Source: an uncultured Verrucomicrobiae bacterium (GTDB lineage: Bacteria; Verrucomicrobiota; Verrucomicrobiia; Opitutales; JABDGR01). From it: a stretch of 64,000 bases of DNA. The notes under the pieces were generated by a model, which was given only the letters and a program-made list of their open reading frames with translations, was not told where the DNA came from and did no database searches. The DNA is taken from positions 128,001 through 192,000 of the forward strand of contig CAVXVB010000007.1 in NCBI GenBank assembly GCA_963765205.1. Reading direction: 5' to 3'. This document shows positions 51,610 through 64,000 of this stretch, in pieces. Made by a program: the position numbers and the translations under genes. How positions within the stretch are numbered: the stretch's first letter is position 1; each line of letters opens with the position of its first letter.

Positions 51610-52438
51610 GGATAAAACAGTATTTTAGACTATAAATAATAACTTTTATATATTTAAATATTATAATTAATAGAAATAATGAGTAATTACGCGATCCACG
51701 GCCCGGTCGGAGTTCATGAATAACGAACGACAAGAGGGAACATCTGAGCACCGGCATCTAGGCATTTTACCCTAGAAAATTCAAATGAAGTGGCAATGGG
51801 CGGGCTGGGTTCCAAGCAGGAAACCAAAATGTGAACAACTCATGTCTTTTGCTCTGAATCAAAGACTTGGCAGGATGGTAAACTGTGAATAAAAAGGATA
51901 AATACTACGTTTAAGAACGTTATTATTGACCCAGGCCAGTCATTTTTGGCAGGGGGGATAAAAGGGGCGGTTTTCGCTCTTAAAAAAAATGAAAAAAATT
52001 CGTAGAAATATGTTGCGCCCTACAATTTTTTTACAATAATGGAAGTTAGCTGCGATTCTTCTACCCTCACCCCCCAACGCGTGTGTTCCCGAGTTAGATT
52101 ACGGGAAGGCCGCGTTTAGGTGTTTTCGCCCGTTGCTTTCCCCCAACTCCTGATAAGGGTTATTATTCCCTTTAATTCCCCTTAAAACCCCTTAAAACCC
52201 CTTGAATGATCGTTGCCCCGCCGCCCGCCGCCGCGCGTTTTCCCCTGGGAAAGGCGTTTTTCCGCTGTGCGGCGAGCGTTGATGATGCGCCAGTCAGGCC
52301 GTTGGTTTCCACCCCACCCCCACCCCTTTAAAAATAAACCCCCCCCCCCCTTGGTTTTCCGGTCCGGTTGCGCCAGTGCGGCAACCCGGGCTGAAATCCG
52401 AGGGAAAAAATCTCACCCCCGACCGCTGTTTCTGCAAC
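51610..52438 (+). promoter_or_regulatory. Long AT-rich upstream region of the giant surface-protein gene
   Basis: Very AT-rich block 51610-51690, 10-bp direct repeats (CTTAAAACCC-like) about 52165-52204, C12 tract 52339-52350; no credible ORF. Confidence 0.55.
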
Positions 52439-55400
52439 ATGAACGCAACCCACCAAACTCGTTGTGACCGGACGAAAGTCCGGCCTGGGATCATTTTTCT
52501 TTTTGGCGCCCTGCTGGCGGGCCTCCTGGTTCCCCTGGGGGCGAGAGCGCAATTAACCATCGTGGACAAGGCCGACAATTCGTTGAGCCTGGACCAGGCG
52601 CTCACCGACATTCAGGACATCGCCCTGAACACCACCGCCGGCAGCGGCGACGAGTTGATATTCAACGGCACGCTGGAGTCGTTCAACCAGACGATTTCGG
52701 TGGGCGGCGGGGTTTGGGTGGGCACGCTGGCGGTGCAGAATCCGCAGGGGGCCATTTTTATCACGGGCAATGCGACCAATGCCGCGGCGGCGCTGACGCT
52801 GGGCAACCTGTCGGTCACCGGCGGCGGCGGCATTGACATGAGCAACACCTCGGTGAACCTGAGCATCTCCGCACCCGTCACCCTGGCCAACAGCCTCACG
52901 TTCACGACCAGCGTCAACGGCACCATCACGGTCTCGGGGCCGATTAACGACAACGTCCTGGGCGTCAGCCAGGGTTATGGCATCACCATCGGCCAGTCCA
53001 CCACGGCGGGCGACGTTTTTCTTTCGGGCAACAACACCTTCACGGGCAACCTCACGCTCAACGCCGGCACGCTGTATTTGAGTGGAAACAACAGCGCGGG
53101 CAACGGCGCGCTGGTCATCAACTCCGGCGTGCTGGAGAACAACAGCGGCAACGCGATTGTGCTCAATATTCCCGTCGTCATCGGCACGGCCGGGAACGCG
53201 ACGAGCGGCAACTTCACGTTCGACACCCAAGGCAATTCCAGCATCGCCAACGCTTCGAACAGCATGGTGTTCAACGATGGCGTCACGCTGGCGGTAAACA
53301 CAACGGTGACGACTTCCACGAACAGCGGGTCGTATGGTGGTTCCGGGAACCTGACCTTTAGCAACGTTACCGGCCCGGGGAACCTGACCCTGAAGGGCGC
53401 AGGCCCGAACCAGTTGGTGCTGGTGGGCACCAATAATTTTGGCGGCGGCGTGAACTCGGTGACGCCGGTGCTGACCATCAGTTCGGGGTCGGTGCGGTTG
53501 GGGTCGAACGGTTCGGTAACCGGCATCCCCGCGGAAATGGGCACGATTGCGGGTAACATTAACTCCGCCGGCGCGTTGCTCATCTTTAACGAGCCCTCGA
53601 ACTACACGGTCACGAACAACATCACCGGGACGGGCGGCGTGCAGCAACTCAGCACCAATAATACACTGACCTTCGGGATCACGGAGACCTACAGCGGCAC
53701 CACGACCGCCACCGGCCCGATTCAGCTCGGCTATTTTGGCCCCAACTTCAGCGGCAATTCCGCCTTCGGCATCCTGACGGCCAGCAACATTTCCATCGGT
53801 AATGGCAGTGCCCTCACCTTTGCCGAGCCGGGCAGCACCACTTATAATGGAACCATTTCCGGCGGCAATGGAGGGACTTCAGTGACCCTGACCGGGGCCG
53901 GGGTCCTGGCGAATGCCACCTACACGACCAACCAGACGGGCGCGAACAACAATTTGACCTTTGCGGCGAACACCTCGAACGCCTCCCTGGTTGGCGGCGC
54001 GGGCGACAACATCACGGTAACCTATATATATACCGGGGCGAATGCGGCGGAAGCGGTGGCGGTCAACGGCACGGCGATTACGGTCACCCTTGGGGCCACC
54101 GGGGGCAACACCGCCAGCGTGACCACGAACCTGAGCGGGAACAAGGACATCACTTACACGGCGGTGAACGCCGGGGCGGGGGCCGGCAACATCAACATTC
54201 AGTATGCCCAAAGCTCGACCTCGAACATCACCACGGCGTCGGTCAGCAACGGCAACATCATCGTGAGCCTGGCCAACGCCACGGCGAATGCCACGGCGCA
54301 GAATGTCATCAACGCCATCATGAACAATGTGCAGACGAATGCGCTGGTGACGGCAACGCTTGCGCCGGGCAGCGCCGGCAACGGCACGGAAGTGGCCACG
54401 ACGTCCAACATCACCCTGGCCGACACCGGCCCGGTGATAACCGCCACCACCGGCCCGGGCGCCTATGTTGCGGGGGTGAACTCGACCATCACCTCGACGG
54501 CCAATTCCATCATGGCCGATTTGAACATCAACAGCACCGCCAATGCGGTGATTAGCACCTCGCTGGCGAGCAGTGACGGCGGGGTCGGCACCGGGGCCTT
54601 GACGTTCGAATCTAGTCAGCGCGCTGGTGGGCACGGCGAATCTGACGGGCGGCACGAACCCCGCCATCACGCTGACCCTGGGCAATTTGACGAATGGGAG
54701 CAGTTACAATGGCACGACGACCATCAGCGCCGGCACCATCGTGATGGCCAACTCCTCGGCCTTGGGCAATTCGACGCTCATATATAATACCGGCGGCGGG
54801 GTTTTGAGCTTCGGCACCTTGACGACGGCGAATTTGGGCGGCTTGAGCGGGAACCAGAATCTGGCGCTCACGAATGCCACCGGAACCAACATCACGTTGA
54901 ACGTGGGCGGGGACGGCGCGAGCACCACTTACACCGGCGTGCTTTCGGGCAACTTGGGCAACTTCACCAAGTCCGGCGGCGGCACGCTATATTTGACGCA
55001 AAACAACACTTACACCGGTTTCACCAACATTACGGGCGGCCAGCTTGAAATTGGCAATATAAACGCCTTGGGCGCCAACGTTGATGGCGCGGCCAATAGC
55101 AATACCAGCCTCCAAGCGGCGAGCTTGAACATCAGCGGCGGCGGCGTGGAATGGGCGCCGAATTACCTGAGCACCTCCGGGGACAATGGCGACTTCACCG
55201 GGAAACTGGGCGTCCCCTCCCCCTCGACGCCGAATATCGGCAATGCGAATTTTAACACCAATGGCAACAACATCACCCTCACCAACAATATCCTGTTCCC
55301 GAATGGTACTTACGCTCTCTCGGGCAATGTCGGCATGACGGCGGTGCCCGGCAATGCCAGCGAGACCATCACCAAGTCCGGCACCGGCACCCTGGTGTTG

Positions 55401-58400
55401 GCCGAACCGTTGACAATCAATGTTACGACCGGCGGCAATGGCTCCGCCACTTCCGCGACCGTGAACGTAACGAACGGGACCTTGCAATTGGGCAATTTCG
55501 CAGTGGCGGGCGGGCAGCCGGTGAGCACCGCCGTCGGCGCCACCTTCAGCATCGCCTACAACATTTCGGACAACGCGAACCTGACGATGGAGGAACCGGT
55601 TTCGGCGACGATTAGCGGCGCGATTTCCGGCAACGGCGTCCTCAACGTCAACTCGACCGCCGGGCAGGTGGCGAATTTGACCACGACGGTGGCCGGGGCC
55701 AACAATGACATTCTTTATACGGCGGCCTCGGGCGTAGGCCCGACGGGAAACAACATCACCGTCGCTTATAACACGGGGTTTACCAACAGCTCCTTGGATA
55801 GCCAATATGCCAATGGCACCGGCGCGCCGACCTTTTCGGTATCGGGCAACGCGATCACGGTGAATCTGGCGAATGACGGAACCGCGCATGGCGCCAATTT
55901 TACGACCACTTTTGGCAGCAATAATGACGTCACCTACACGGCGAACACCTCGACGGAGTTTGGGGCGGCGGGCAACGGCATCAACATTGCCTACGTCAAC
56001 CCGAACGCCACCACGACGAGCACGACCGCCGTCGTTAATGCCACGACCAACACCATCACCGTCAACCTGGCGAACACGGGCTATGCCACGGCGAACCAAA
56101 CCGTGCAGGGGCTTACTTACACGGCCAACACGACGAATTTTGGCGGCACGGCCGGCAACGGCATCAGTGTCAGCTACGTGAATCCGGAGACCAGTAACGC
56201 GCCGCTCGGCTTTGTGGTGAACGGCACGAACCTGACGGTGAATTTGGCCACCGGGAGTTTCACCAGCGCGAACTTGGCCACCGGGCCCGCCAACGGGAAT
56301 ATTACCTACACGGCCAAGGCCAACGGTACGGCGACCGACAACATTCAAGTTGCCTATGTGGTTGCCGGCAATAACACCCCCCTGACGCTAAATGTCACCG
56401 GCAACCTCATTACGGTTAATCTGGCGACGGGCCCCAGCGGCACAGTCAGCACCACGGCCGCGACGTTGATCACGACCATAAACGGCAATTCCTCGGCCAA
56501 CGCCGTGCTGACGGCGGCCAACACGACGGGCAGCACGGGTGCTTCGACGCTGACGGCGTTAAGCGCGACGAACTTGACCGGCGGCTTGAACGGCGCCTCC
56601 GCGGCCAATCTCTCCACCAACAGCACGGCCACCGGCAGCAATGTCACCTTTACGTCGGTCGGGCTGGGCACGGCGCAGGACAACATTAAAGTTGCGTATG
56701 TCATTCCGTCCACGGCGAACTCCCCGCTTTCCATCGGGGTCTCGGGCAACAACATTACGGTGAATTTGGCGACCAATGGCGCCGATGCCCCGACGACGAC
56801 GGCGGCGCAATTGGTCACGGCCATCGCTTCGACGCCCCTGGCCGCCAATCTCGTCTCGGCCAGCGACCCCATCGGCAACGGCACGGGGGTGGTCGCGCTG
56901 TCCAATGTCAGCCTGACGAGTCTGGCGAATGCCACGGATCCCTCGATTACCACGAACGCCACCGCCCTGCAGACGGCGCTGACGGCCAATCTGACCTCCA
57001 ATGCCACGTTGGGCGCCTTGCTCAGCGCCGTGGCCGGGACGGGCACGAGCAACCTGACGACGGCGGGCGCAACGGCTTTTGCGAATGGTTCCACCGGCAC
57101 GATAACGGCCAACGCGTCCCAGGTGGTCACGGCGGTTAATGCGGTGGCCAGCGCTCTGGTGACGGCGGCTGTCGCGAGTAACGAGACAGGTGCGGGGCTA
57201 ATCACGAATGGCACGGGAACCATCCTGGCCACGAATCTCACTGGCGGACTGAACCCGAACATCACGACGACGGCGGAGGACCTGCTGACGGCGATCTCCG
57301 GAAACACGAACGTGCTGAACCTGGTGTCGGCGAATCTGGCCTCCGGGAACGACGTGGGCGAGGGCTTGCTGACGGGGATGAACACCACCAGTTTGGGCGG
57401 GGGCGCGATTTCGACGGCCACCACGCTGACGCTCACCGGCAGCAACAGTTTCAACGGGACGATCAACCTCAATGGCGGCACGCTCGCCATCGCGGTCACC
57501 AACGGGACGAACAACAGCACCACCACGCTGCAGAATTCCATCCTGAACTATGCCAACGGCACGTTCAATTACGGCAACTCGACCATCGTGGATTTGGGCG
57601 GCTTGACCGGCAACCAGAACATTGCGCTGACCAACCCGCAGAATGGCAAGAATGTGCAGTTGGTCATTGATGGATTCCAAAGCCCGGCCACGAGCAGCAT
57701 CCTGGGCGGCACCTCGAATACCAGCACCGGCACCGGGGTGCTCTATACCGCGACCCCGAACAACACAAACGGGAACCTTTCCATTGCTTATGTGGTGAGC
57801 GGCAACAACACAGTGCCTTCGGTGACCGTCAGCGGCAACGATGTCATCACGGTCAACCTGGCCACGAATGCGACGGGCGCCGTCGCTTCGAATATGACCG
57901 CCGCCGCCGTGGCGGCGCTGATCAACGCAAATTCCGCCGCAAGCGCGTTGGTGACGGCCGCCAGCAGCGGCACGGGGGTGGTGGGGGCGTTGTCCGCGAC
58001 CACGCTGGCCAATGCGGCCAATCCGACGGCGGGCGCGGCGGGCACGGTGGTGTCGAATGGGGTTTACAGCGGCGTGTTGTTCGGCGCAGGCTCATTGTTC
58101 AAGAGCGGCGTGGGCATCTTGACCTTGAGCGGCACGAACACCTACACGGGCGGCACCGTCATCACGGGCGGCGAAGTGGATTTCGCTTCGGGGGTGAATT
58201 TCGGCACGGGCAACCTGGTGTTGTTCAATGGCGGCATCCAGTGGGCGCCGGGCACGACGACGGACATCTCGAGCCAGTTGAAGGGGCCGTTCGGCGGCCT
58301 GATCGGGAACCTCACGCAGAATTCCGGCAACGACACGCTGGACACGAACGGCAACAATGTGATTTTCAACACGCCGGTTTCCGGCAACGGCACGTTGGTC

Positions 58401-61400
58401 AAGGCCGGCCAAGGGATTCTGACGCTGGCGGTTCCGAACACCTACAGTGGCGGGACCATACTGTCGGCCGGCCTCATAGACTTCAGCTCCCTCAGCGACT
58501 TTGGCACGGGGCAAATTACCCTGGCGGGCGGCGGCTTGCAATGGGGGCTGAACACCAACCTTGACGTCAGCAGCCGGTTAAACCCGGTCGTCATGGGCGC
58601 GAACGCAACCTTCTCGACGCCCAACAATTTGAATCCCGCCTTCACCAACACCAACATCGGGTTGGTGATCACCGCGAACGGCAGCACCACCCTGGCGGAC
58701 GGCTCGAACGGCAACAACATCACGATAATTTTTGGGCTTTCCCCGTCCAACACCACGGGGTTGACGATTAACGGCACCACCATCAACGTGGCCCTGAACA
58801 CGACGGCGACCGCTTCAAACGTGGTCTCGCTCATCAACGGCAACGCCACGGCGGCGGCGCTCGTCAGCGCGGCCCTGGCCCCGGGCAGCAACGGCGGCGG
58901 GGTGGACAACTATTTTGGGACGTTTAAGCTCTCGGGCGGCACGGACAGCACCCTCGACACCCAGGCGAACAATGTGACGTTGAGCGCGTCGCTGACAGGC
59001 CCCGGCGGCCTGGCCAAAGCCGGCAGCGGCATCCTGACGCTGACGGGCATCAACACTTTCACGGGCCCCACGAGCGTGAACGCCGGCACCTTGACGCTGG
59101 GCAACTCGCTGGCCTTGGAAGACAGCACGCTGACGCTGACCAATGGCAGCGTTGGCACGCTCAATTTCGGCAGCCTGACCAGCGTGACGTTTGGCTCCCT
59201 GGCGGGCAACGGCACCTTGGACCTGTCCAATTCGGTCCCCTCCGCCAATGCCACCACCGGGGTCCTGAATTTGATCGTCGGCTTGAACAATCTGAGCACG
59301 ACCTTCAACGGCACCATCACGGACGTAAACAGTTACGGCGGCACGGTGACGAAAGTCGGCAACGGCACCCTGACCCTCACCACGCCGAATACCTACACCG
59401 GCCAGACGTTCCTTAATGGCGGCGCGTTTGACTTTAACAACGTCAATAACTTTGGCGCCAACGGCGACGCCAACCTGACGATCAATGGCACGCTGGGCAC
59501 CAGCGTCATCTGGGCGCCGCAGGCCACGGGTCCGAGCGCGGATATTTCGAGCATCCTCAACAGCACGGGCGGGCTGGTTACCGGGAACATCACCTTCAAT
59601 TCCAACAGCAATGAGGTGACCCTCGCCACGCCGCTGAAGGGCAGCGCGAATTTGACCGCCGCGGCGGGGACGAGCATCCTGACGCTGGCGGGCGGCGTCA
59701 GCTCCAGCGGCCTGCCCAATGTGACGATCACGTCGGGCACCCTTGCGCTGGGCAACATCGGCAGCAATGGCGGCAACACTTCCGGAAACATCGCCATCAA
59801 CAATGGCACCACGTTGTATTTTAATGAGAACACGGCGCAAACCTTCTCGGGCCTGCTTTCCGGCGGGGGCAACATTAATGTCAACCCGGGCATGCCGGCC
59901 CTGAGTGTGGCGGCCGAGTCGCCGGCGAACACGAACCTCAACCTGTTTGCGAACGTCTTTGGGCCGATTAGCAACAACATCACCGTCCAATACGTCAACC
60001 CGGAGGCCAACAACCAGGCGCTGGGCGTCACGGTCAACAACACGACGGCGAGCCTGCTCGTCGGCTCGGTGGGTGCGAACAACGGGATCACGATCACGCC
60101 GAACGCGGCGAATGCGTCGGTGGCGGGCATTTACGGCGACGGCATCACGATCCAATATGTGCAAGGCGGCGGCAACACGACCACGGCGGCCAGCAGCGGC
60201 AACGTCATCACGGTCACTTTGAAAAGCGGCGGGGACACGGCGGCTGACGTCATCACGGCCCTGGCGAACAACGCCACGGTGGCCGCGTTGGTGACGGCGA
60301 CCAACGCGACGGTGGCCAATGTCACCAGCACGGGCGCGGGAATTATCAACACGACGGTGACGACGACGGCGTCGCTGCCGCTGATGGGCGGGGCGACGGC
60401 CATCGTGGCCAGCCTGGCCACGGACGGGAACGGCACGGCGGCCAACGCGACGACCACCTTTGGCAACAACAACGACTTGGTGTTCACCGCCAACGGCACG
60501 GGAGCCACCGGCTACTTTGGTTTCGCGGGCAATAATATCACAGTGCAGTATGTGAATGGCGTGGGCAACAACACCGCCACCACGGCGTCGGTCACGGGCA
60601 ACACGATTACGGTGACCCTGGGCACGAACGGCACCGGGGTGGTAAACGCGACGGCGGCGCAGGTGGCGGCGGCGATTGCGGCCAACACCTCGGTGGCCGC
60701 GTTGGTGACGGTCGCCAATGCCGCGAACAGCAACGGGTTGGGTTTGGTCTCGGCGACGACCTTGAATTTGACGGGCGGCGTGGACCCGAACATCACGACG
60801 TCGGCCAGCGCGCTGCTCTCCGCCCTGAACGGCAACACGACGGTGCTCACCGCGGGATTGGGTTCGGGCAGCAACGGCTCGGGGGATGTCACCAACGGCA
60901 CCTTTACCCTGAGCGGCGGCCTCAATGGCAGCGCGACCCCGGTGACGCTGAGTGACAACAGCAATCTCTTTTCGGGCAACGTCTATTTGAGCAATGGCTC
61001 GCTCACGCTGGGCGCCCCCCTGGCGTTGCAGTATGCCACGGTCAATGACAACCTGGGCGGCGGCACGCTGAGTTTCGGCAGCTTGACGAATGCGACCTTG
61101 GGCGGCCTCACCGGCAATGGCAACCTGGCGCTCGTGACCACGGCCGGCTCGGGGAATGTGACGCTCACTTTGGGCCAGGGTAATGTCAGCAGCGCCTTCT
61201 CCGGCATTATATCCGGCAATGTCAGCACCGGCGCCGGTTCGTTGATCAAGATCGGCTCGGGCACGCTGACGCTGTCCGGCATCAACACCTTCACCGGCGG
61301 CATGGTGATTGAGGGCGGCTTGGTGAATTTCAATTCGGTGCGCAGTTTTGGCAATGGCGGGGCCAACAGCGTCACCCTGCTGGGCGGCGGCATCCAATGG

Positions 61401-64000
61401 GCGACCAACACGGCCACGAATGTTTCCGGCATCCTGAACCCGGTGCTGGCCAGCGGGCCGACGAACGACTTGAACACCTTCGACACCAACGGGAACAGCG
61501 TCACCTTGTCCACGGCGCTGTCGGGCGTGGGCGGCATTGTCAAGCAGGGCGCCGGCACGCTGACGCTGACCGGCAACAACACCTTTATCGGGCCGACGTT
61601 CATCAACGCCGGCAGCCTGGCCTTGGGCAACGGCACGTTGCCGGGCTTCCTGATCAATTCCGCCCTCACCAACAATTCCAGCCTGCTGTTTAACGAGCCG
61701 CTGGACACCGTTTACTCGTCGGTGCTGGGCGGCGGCGGCGGCGTGTCGCAAGCCGGCCAGAACTCGAGCGGCATTTACTCGATCACGACGGGAAATACGA
61801 CGGCCAACAACGGCCTGACCTACGTCGCGACCGTGGCGAACCCGACGGGCGCCGGCGTTACCGTCTCTTATGTGCAAGGCACCGGTTCCACCACGACCGT
61901 GGGGGTTTCCGGCAGCAATATTACGGTGACGCTCCCCGCGGGCGGCGCGAATGCGACCCAGGTGCTGACGGCCCTGACCGGGTGCAGCAGCGCGCTGGCC
62001 TTGGTGACGCCTGAATTGACGCCGGTGATTGCGCCCTCCGTCGCGGTGCCGAATAACACCGGAAATGGCAGTGTCAGCGTGACGGGACCCTTGAATATGA
62101 GCGCGCCGCTTTACCAGGCGACGATCGGTTCGGCCAGCCAAGGCACGGGCTTGACCTTTACGGCGAGCACGGCGACCGCCGGCGCGGCGGGCGGGACCAC
62201 GACGATCCAGTATCTGGCCGGCACAGTTGCGAACCCGACCGTTTCGGTTAACGCGACCAACAACACCGTCATTGTCACCTTGAGCAATGTGACCGCCAAC
62301 AACACGGCCTCGAATGTCTTGGCGGCTTTGACGGCGGCCATTAATAGCAATACCGGCGGCATTGACAATTACCTGAGCAATGTGACCCTCACGCCCGGCC
62401 CGCAGGCATTTGGCGTCACGGCTGGCGCCGGTTTGGTCACGGCGGCGTCGCCGAAATTGATTGCGCCATTTACGAACCTGGTGCTCACCGGCAACAACTC
62501 TTACACCGGCACCACCTCGATCCAGGCGGGCACGCTGGTGGTGGGCAGCACGCTGGCCTTGCGGGACACCACGCTGAACTACAACACCACGACAAGCGGC
62601 ATTCTGGCCTTCGGCTATGCGAACGCGACCGCAAGCTACCCCGTCACGGCGGCCAACATCAATATCTTCAACGGCAACACGGATTTGGCCTTGATCAACA
62701 ACCAGGGCGGCGGCGTGGCCTTCAGCATCGGCGATAATAACGGCAGCTCGAGCTATTCCGGCAACTTAACCGGGCCAGGCTCGATCTTTAAAGTCGGCAG
62801 CGGCACCCTGACGCTCGGCGGCAATCTGAGCAGCTATGCGGGCGGGACGACCGTCGCCGGCGGCACCATCCTGTTGACCTCGGCGGACGACAGCACCTCG
62901 AGCCATCCGCTGGGCACCGGCTTGATCACGATGAACGGCGGCACACTCTCCCTGCCTTCCGGCGACACCTTTGATCCGACCGCGCAAGGGTTCACGTTGG
63001 GCACGGTGACCGCCAACGTGAACGGCACCTTGACCCAGGTTGCGACGAACAGCACACTGATCACCGTTAGTAACCTGACGTTGGCAAGCCCCATCACCGG
63101 CCCCAGCAATGGCGCGGCTTCCGGTTTGGACATCCAAACCGGCAGCAACATCACCACCTTGGTGGCGACCAGCACCTACCTTGGGACGACGACGGTCGGC
63201 GCGGGCACGACCCGAGGCAACCTGACGTTGAGCAACAACGCAACCAGCACCGGCGGTCTGGCGGGGCCGATCAACTTGTCGGGTAACCTGGGCAATTCCA
63301 CCTTTTCGAATCTGACCTTTAACATCAGCAGTTCGGCGCCGGGACTCACCGCCGGCAACTATACGTTTACGCAGAACATCAGCGGCAACGGCAACTTGAG
63401 CGAAAATGGCACCGCCAGCCTGATTCTGTCCGGCACCAATACCTACGACGGCAATACGACGATAGCCGCCGGGGCCGGCAGCATCTATCTGGGAAGCTCG
63501 AATGCCTTGGGCAACAGCACGTATGCGTCCAATAGCACGACGGCCGGCACGCTCCAGTTTCTCGCGGGGGCGGGCGGCACGTTTGTCTTGGGCGGTTTGG
63601 CGGGCAACGCGAGCATCCCCTTGGTGGACACGGGGAATAATCCCGTGATTTTGGCGGTCGGCGCCAACAGCATAACCTCCGCCACGCCCTACAACGGCAC
63701 GCTGTCGGGGGCCGGCGGGCTGATCAAGACGGGGTCGGGCACCCTCGTGCTGGTCGGCAACCAAACTTACACCGGCGCGACGGCGATTCCCTTTGGCACT
63801 TTGCAACTGGGCAACAACACCGCGGGCCTCACGACCGTGTTGACCAGCACCTCGGGCATCAACGATGTTGGCAACCTTGCTTTTGACGAACCGGCGGGCA
63901 CGCTGACCCTCAGCACCCTGATTTCCGGCGGCGGCACCCTGGCGCAAATTGGCAACGTGGGTTCCACGCTCGTGTTCATCAATCCCAATGACGCCCTCAG
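52439..64000 (+). CDS. Giant secreted autotransporter-type protein (>3800 aa, runs off window) with passenger-associated beta-strand repeats and inserted modules; one frameshift near 54605
   Basis: Signal peptide ending GARA-Q; many LxKxGxGTLTLxGxNTY/FTG repeats; after one extra base at about 54605 the next frame appears open to 64000. Confidence 0.92.

Noticed and set aside
51610..51690. Replication origin unwinding element
   Set aside because: No cluster of DnaA boxes (TTATCCACA) seen and no dnaA/parAB context.
52376..52430. c-di-GMP-I riboswitch upstream of the giant gene (GGCAACCCGGGCTGAAATCCGAGGG)
   Set aside because: Only a loose resemblance; the conserved GCAAA and second stem are not evident. 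An Rfam covariance search would settle it.
54600..54620. Programmed frameshift or phase switch in the giant gene
   Set aside because: No slippery run at the site. Similar single-base indels occur in GH2 (about 20119), 5369-5373 and probably about 44070, so sequencing error is the simpler explanation; this needs a read check.
58815..62141. 1108-aa minus-strand ORF and other minus-strand ORFs across 52.5-64 kb
   Set aside because: Antisense shadows of the giant plus-strand gene, whose frame has recognisable repeats.

Overview
GC-rich bacterial chromosomal window. It is most consistent with a Verrucomicrobiota (Opitutales-like) genome; this is an inference from the gene orders rpsL-rpsG-fusA-rpsJ without tuf and rpsP-trmD-rplS without rimM, plus the passenger-repeat surface proteins. 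Content in order: a kaiC-kaiB-kaiB-PAS kinase-NarL regulator operon, a three-gene Mu-phage-like remnant bracketed by repeats, housekeeping genes (pdhAB, accD, lipAB, an fpg-like glycosylase, ribosomal genes, panC, nadB), five IS630-family elements, toxin-antitoxin remnants, several secreted proteins, and the 5' 11.5 kb of a giant autotransporter-type gene that runs off the window. Two things stand out. (1) The giant protein carries about 14 copies of one ~100-aa module inserted into loops of its beta-helix repeats and recursively into each other, in balanced-bracket order such as (((()()))), which predicts a branched, tree-like surface protein. (2) Many intergenic spacers contain a small element made of short 7-9 bp tandem-repeat arms in inverted orientation. 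At least six different unit sequences share this architecture; some elements supply the stop codon of the adjacent gene, and IS630 copies sit in or beside them. Several single-base frameshifts may be sequencing artefacts. No rRNA, tRNA or CRISPR array was recognised. All family calls are by motif recognition, not database search.
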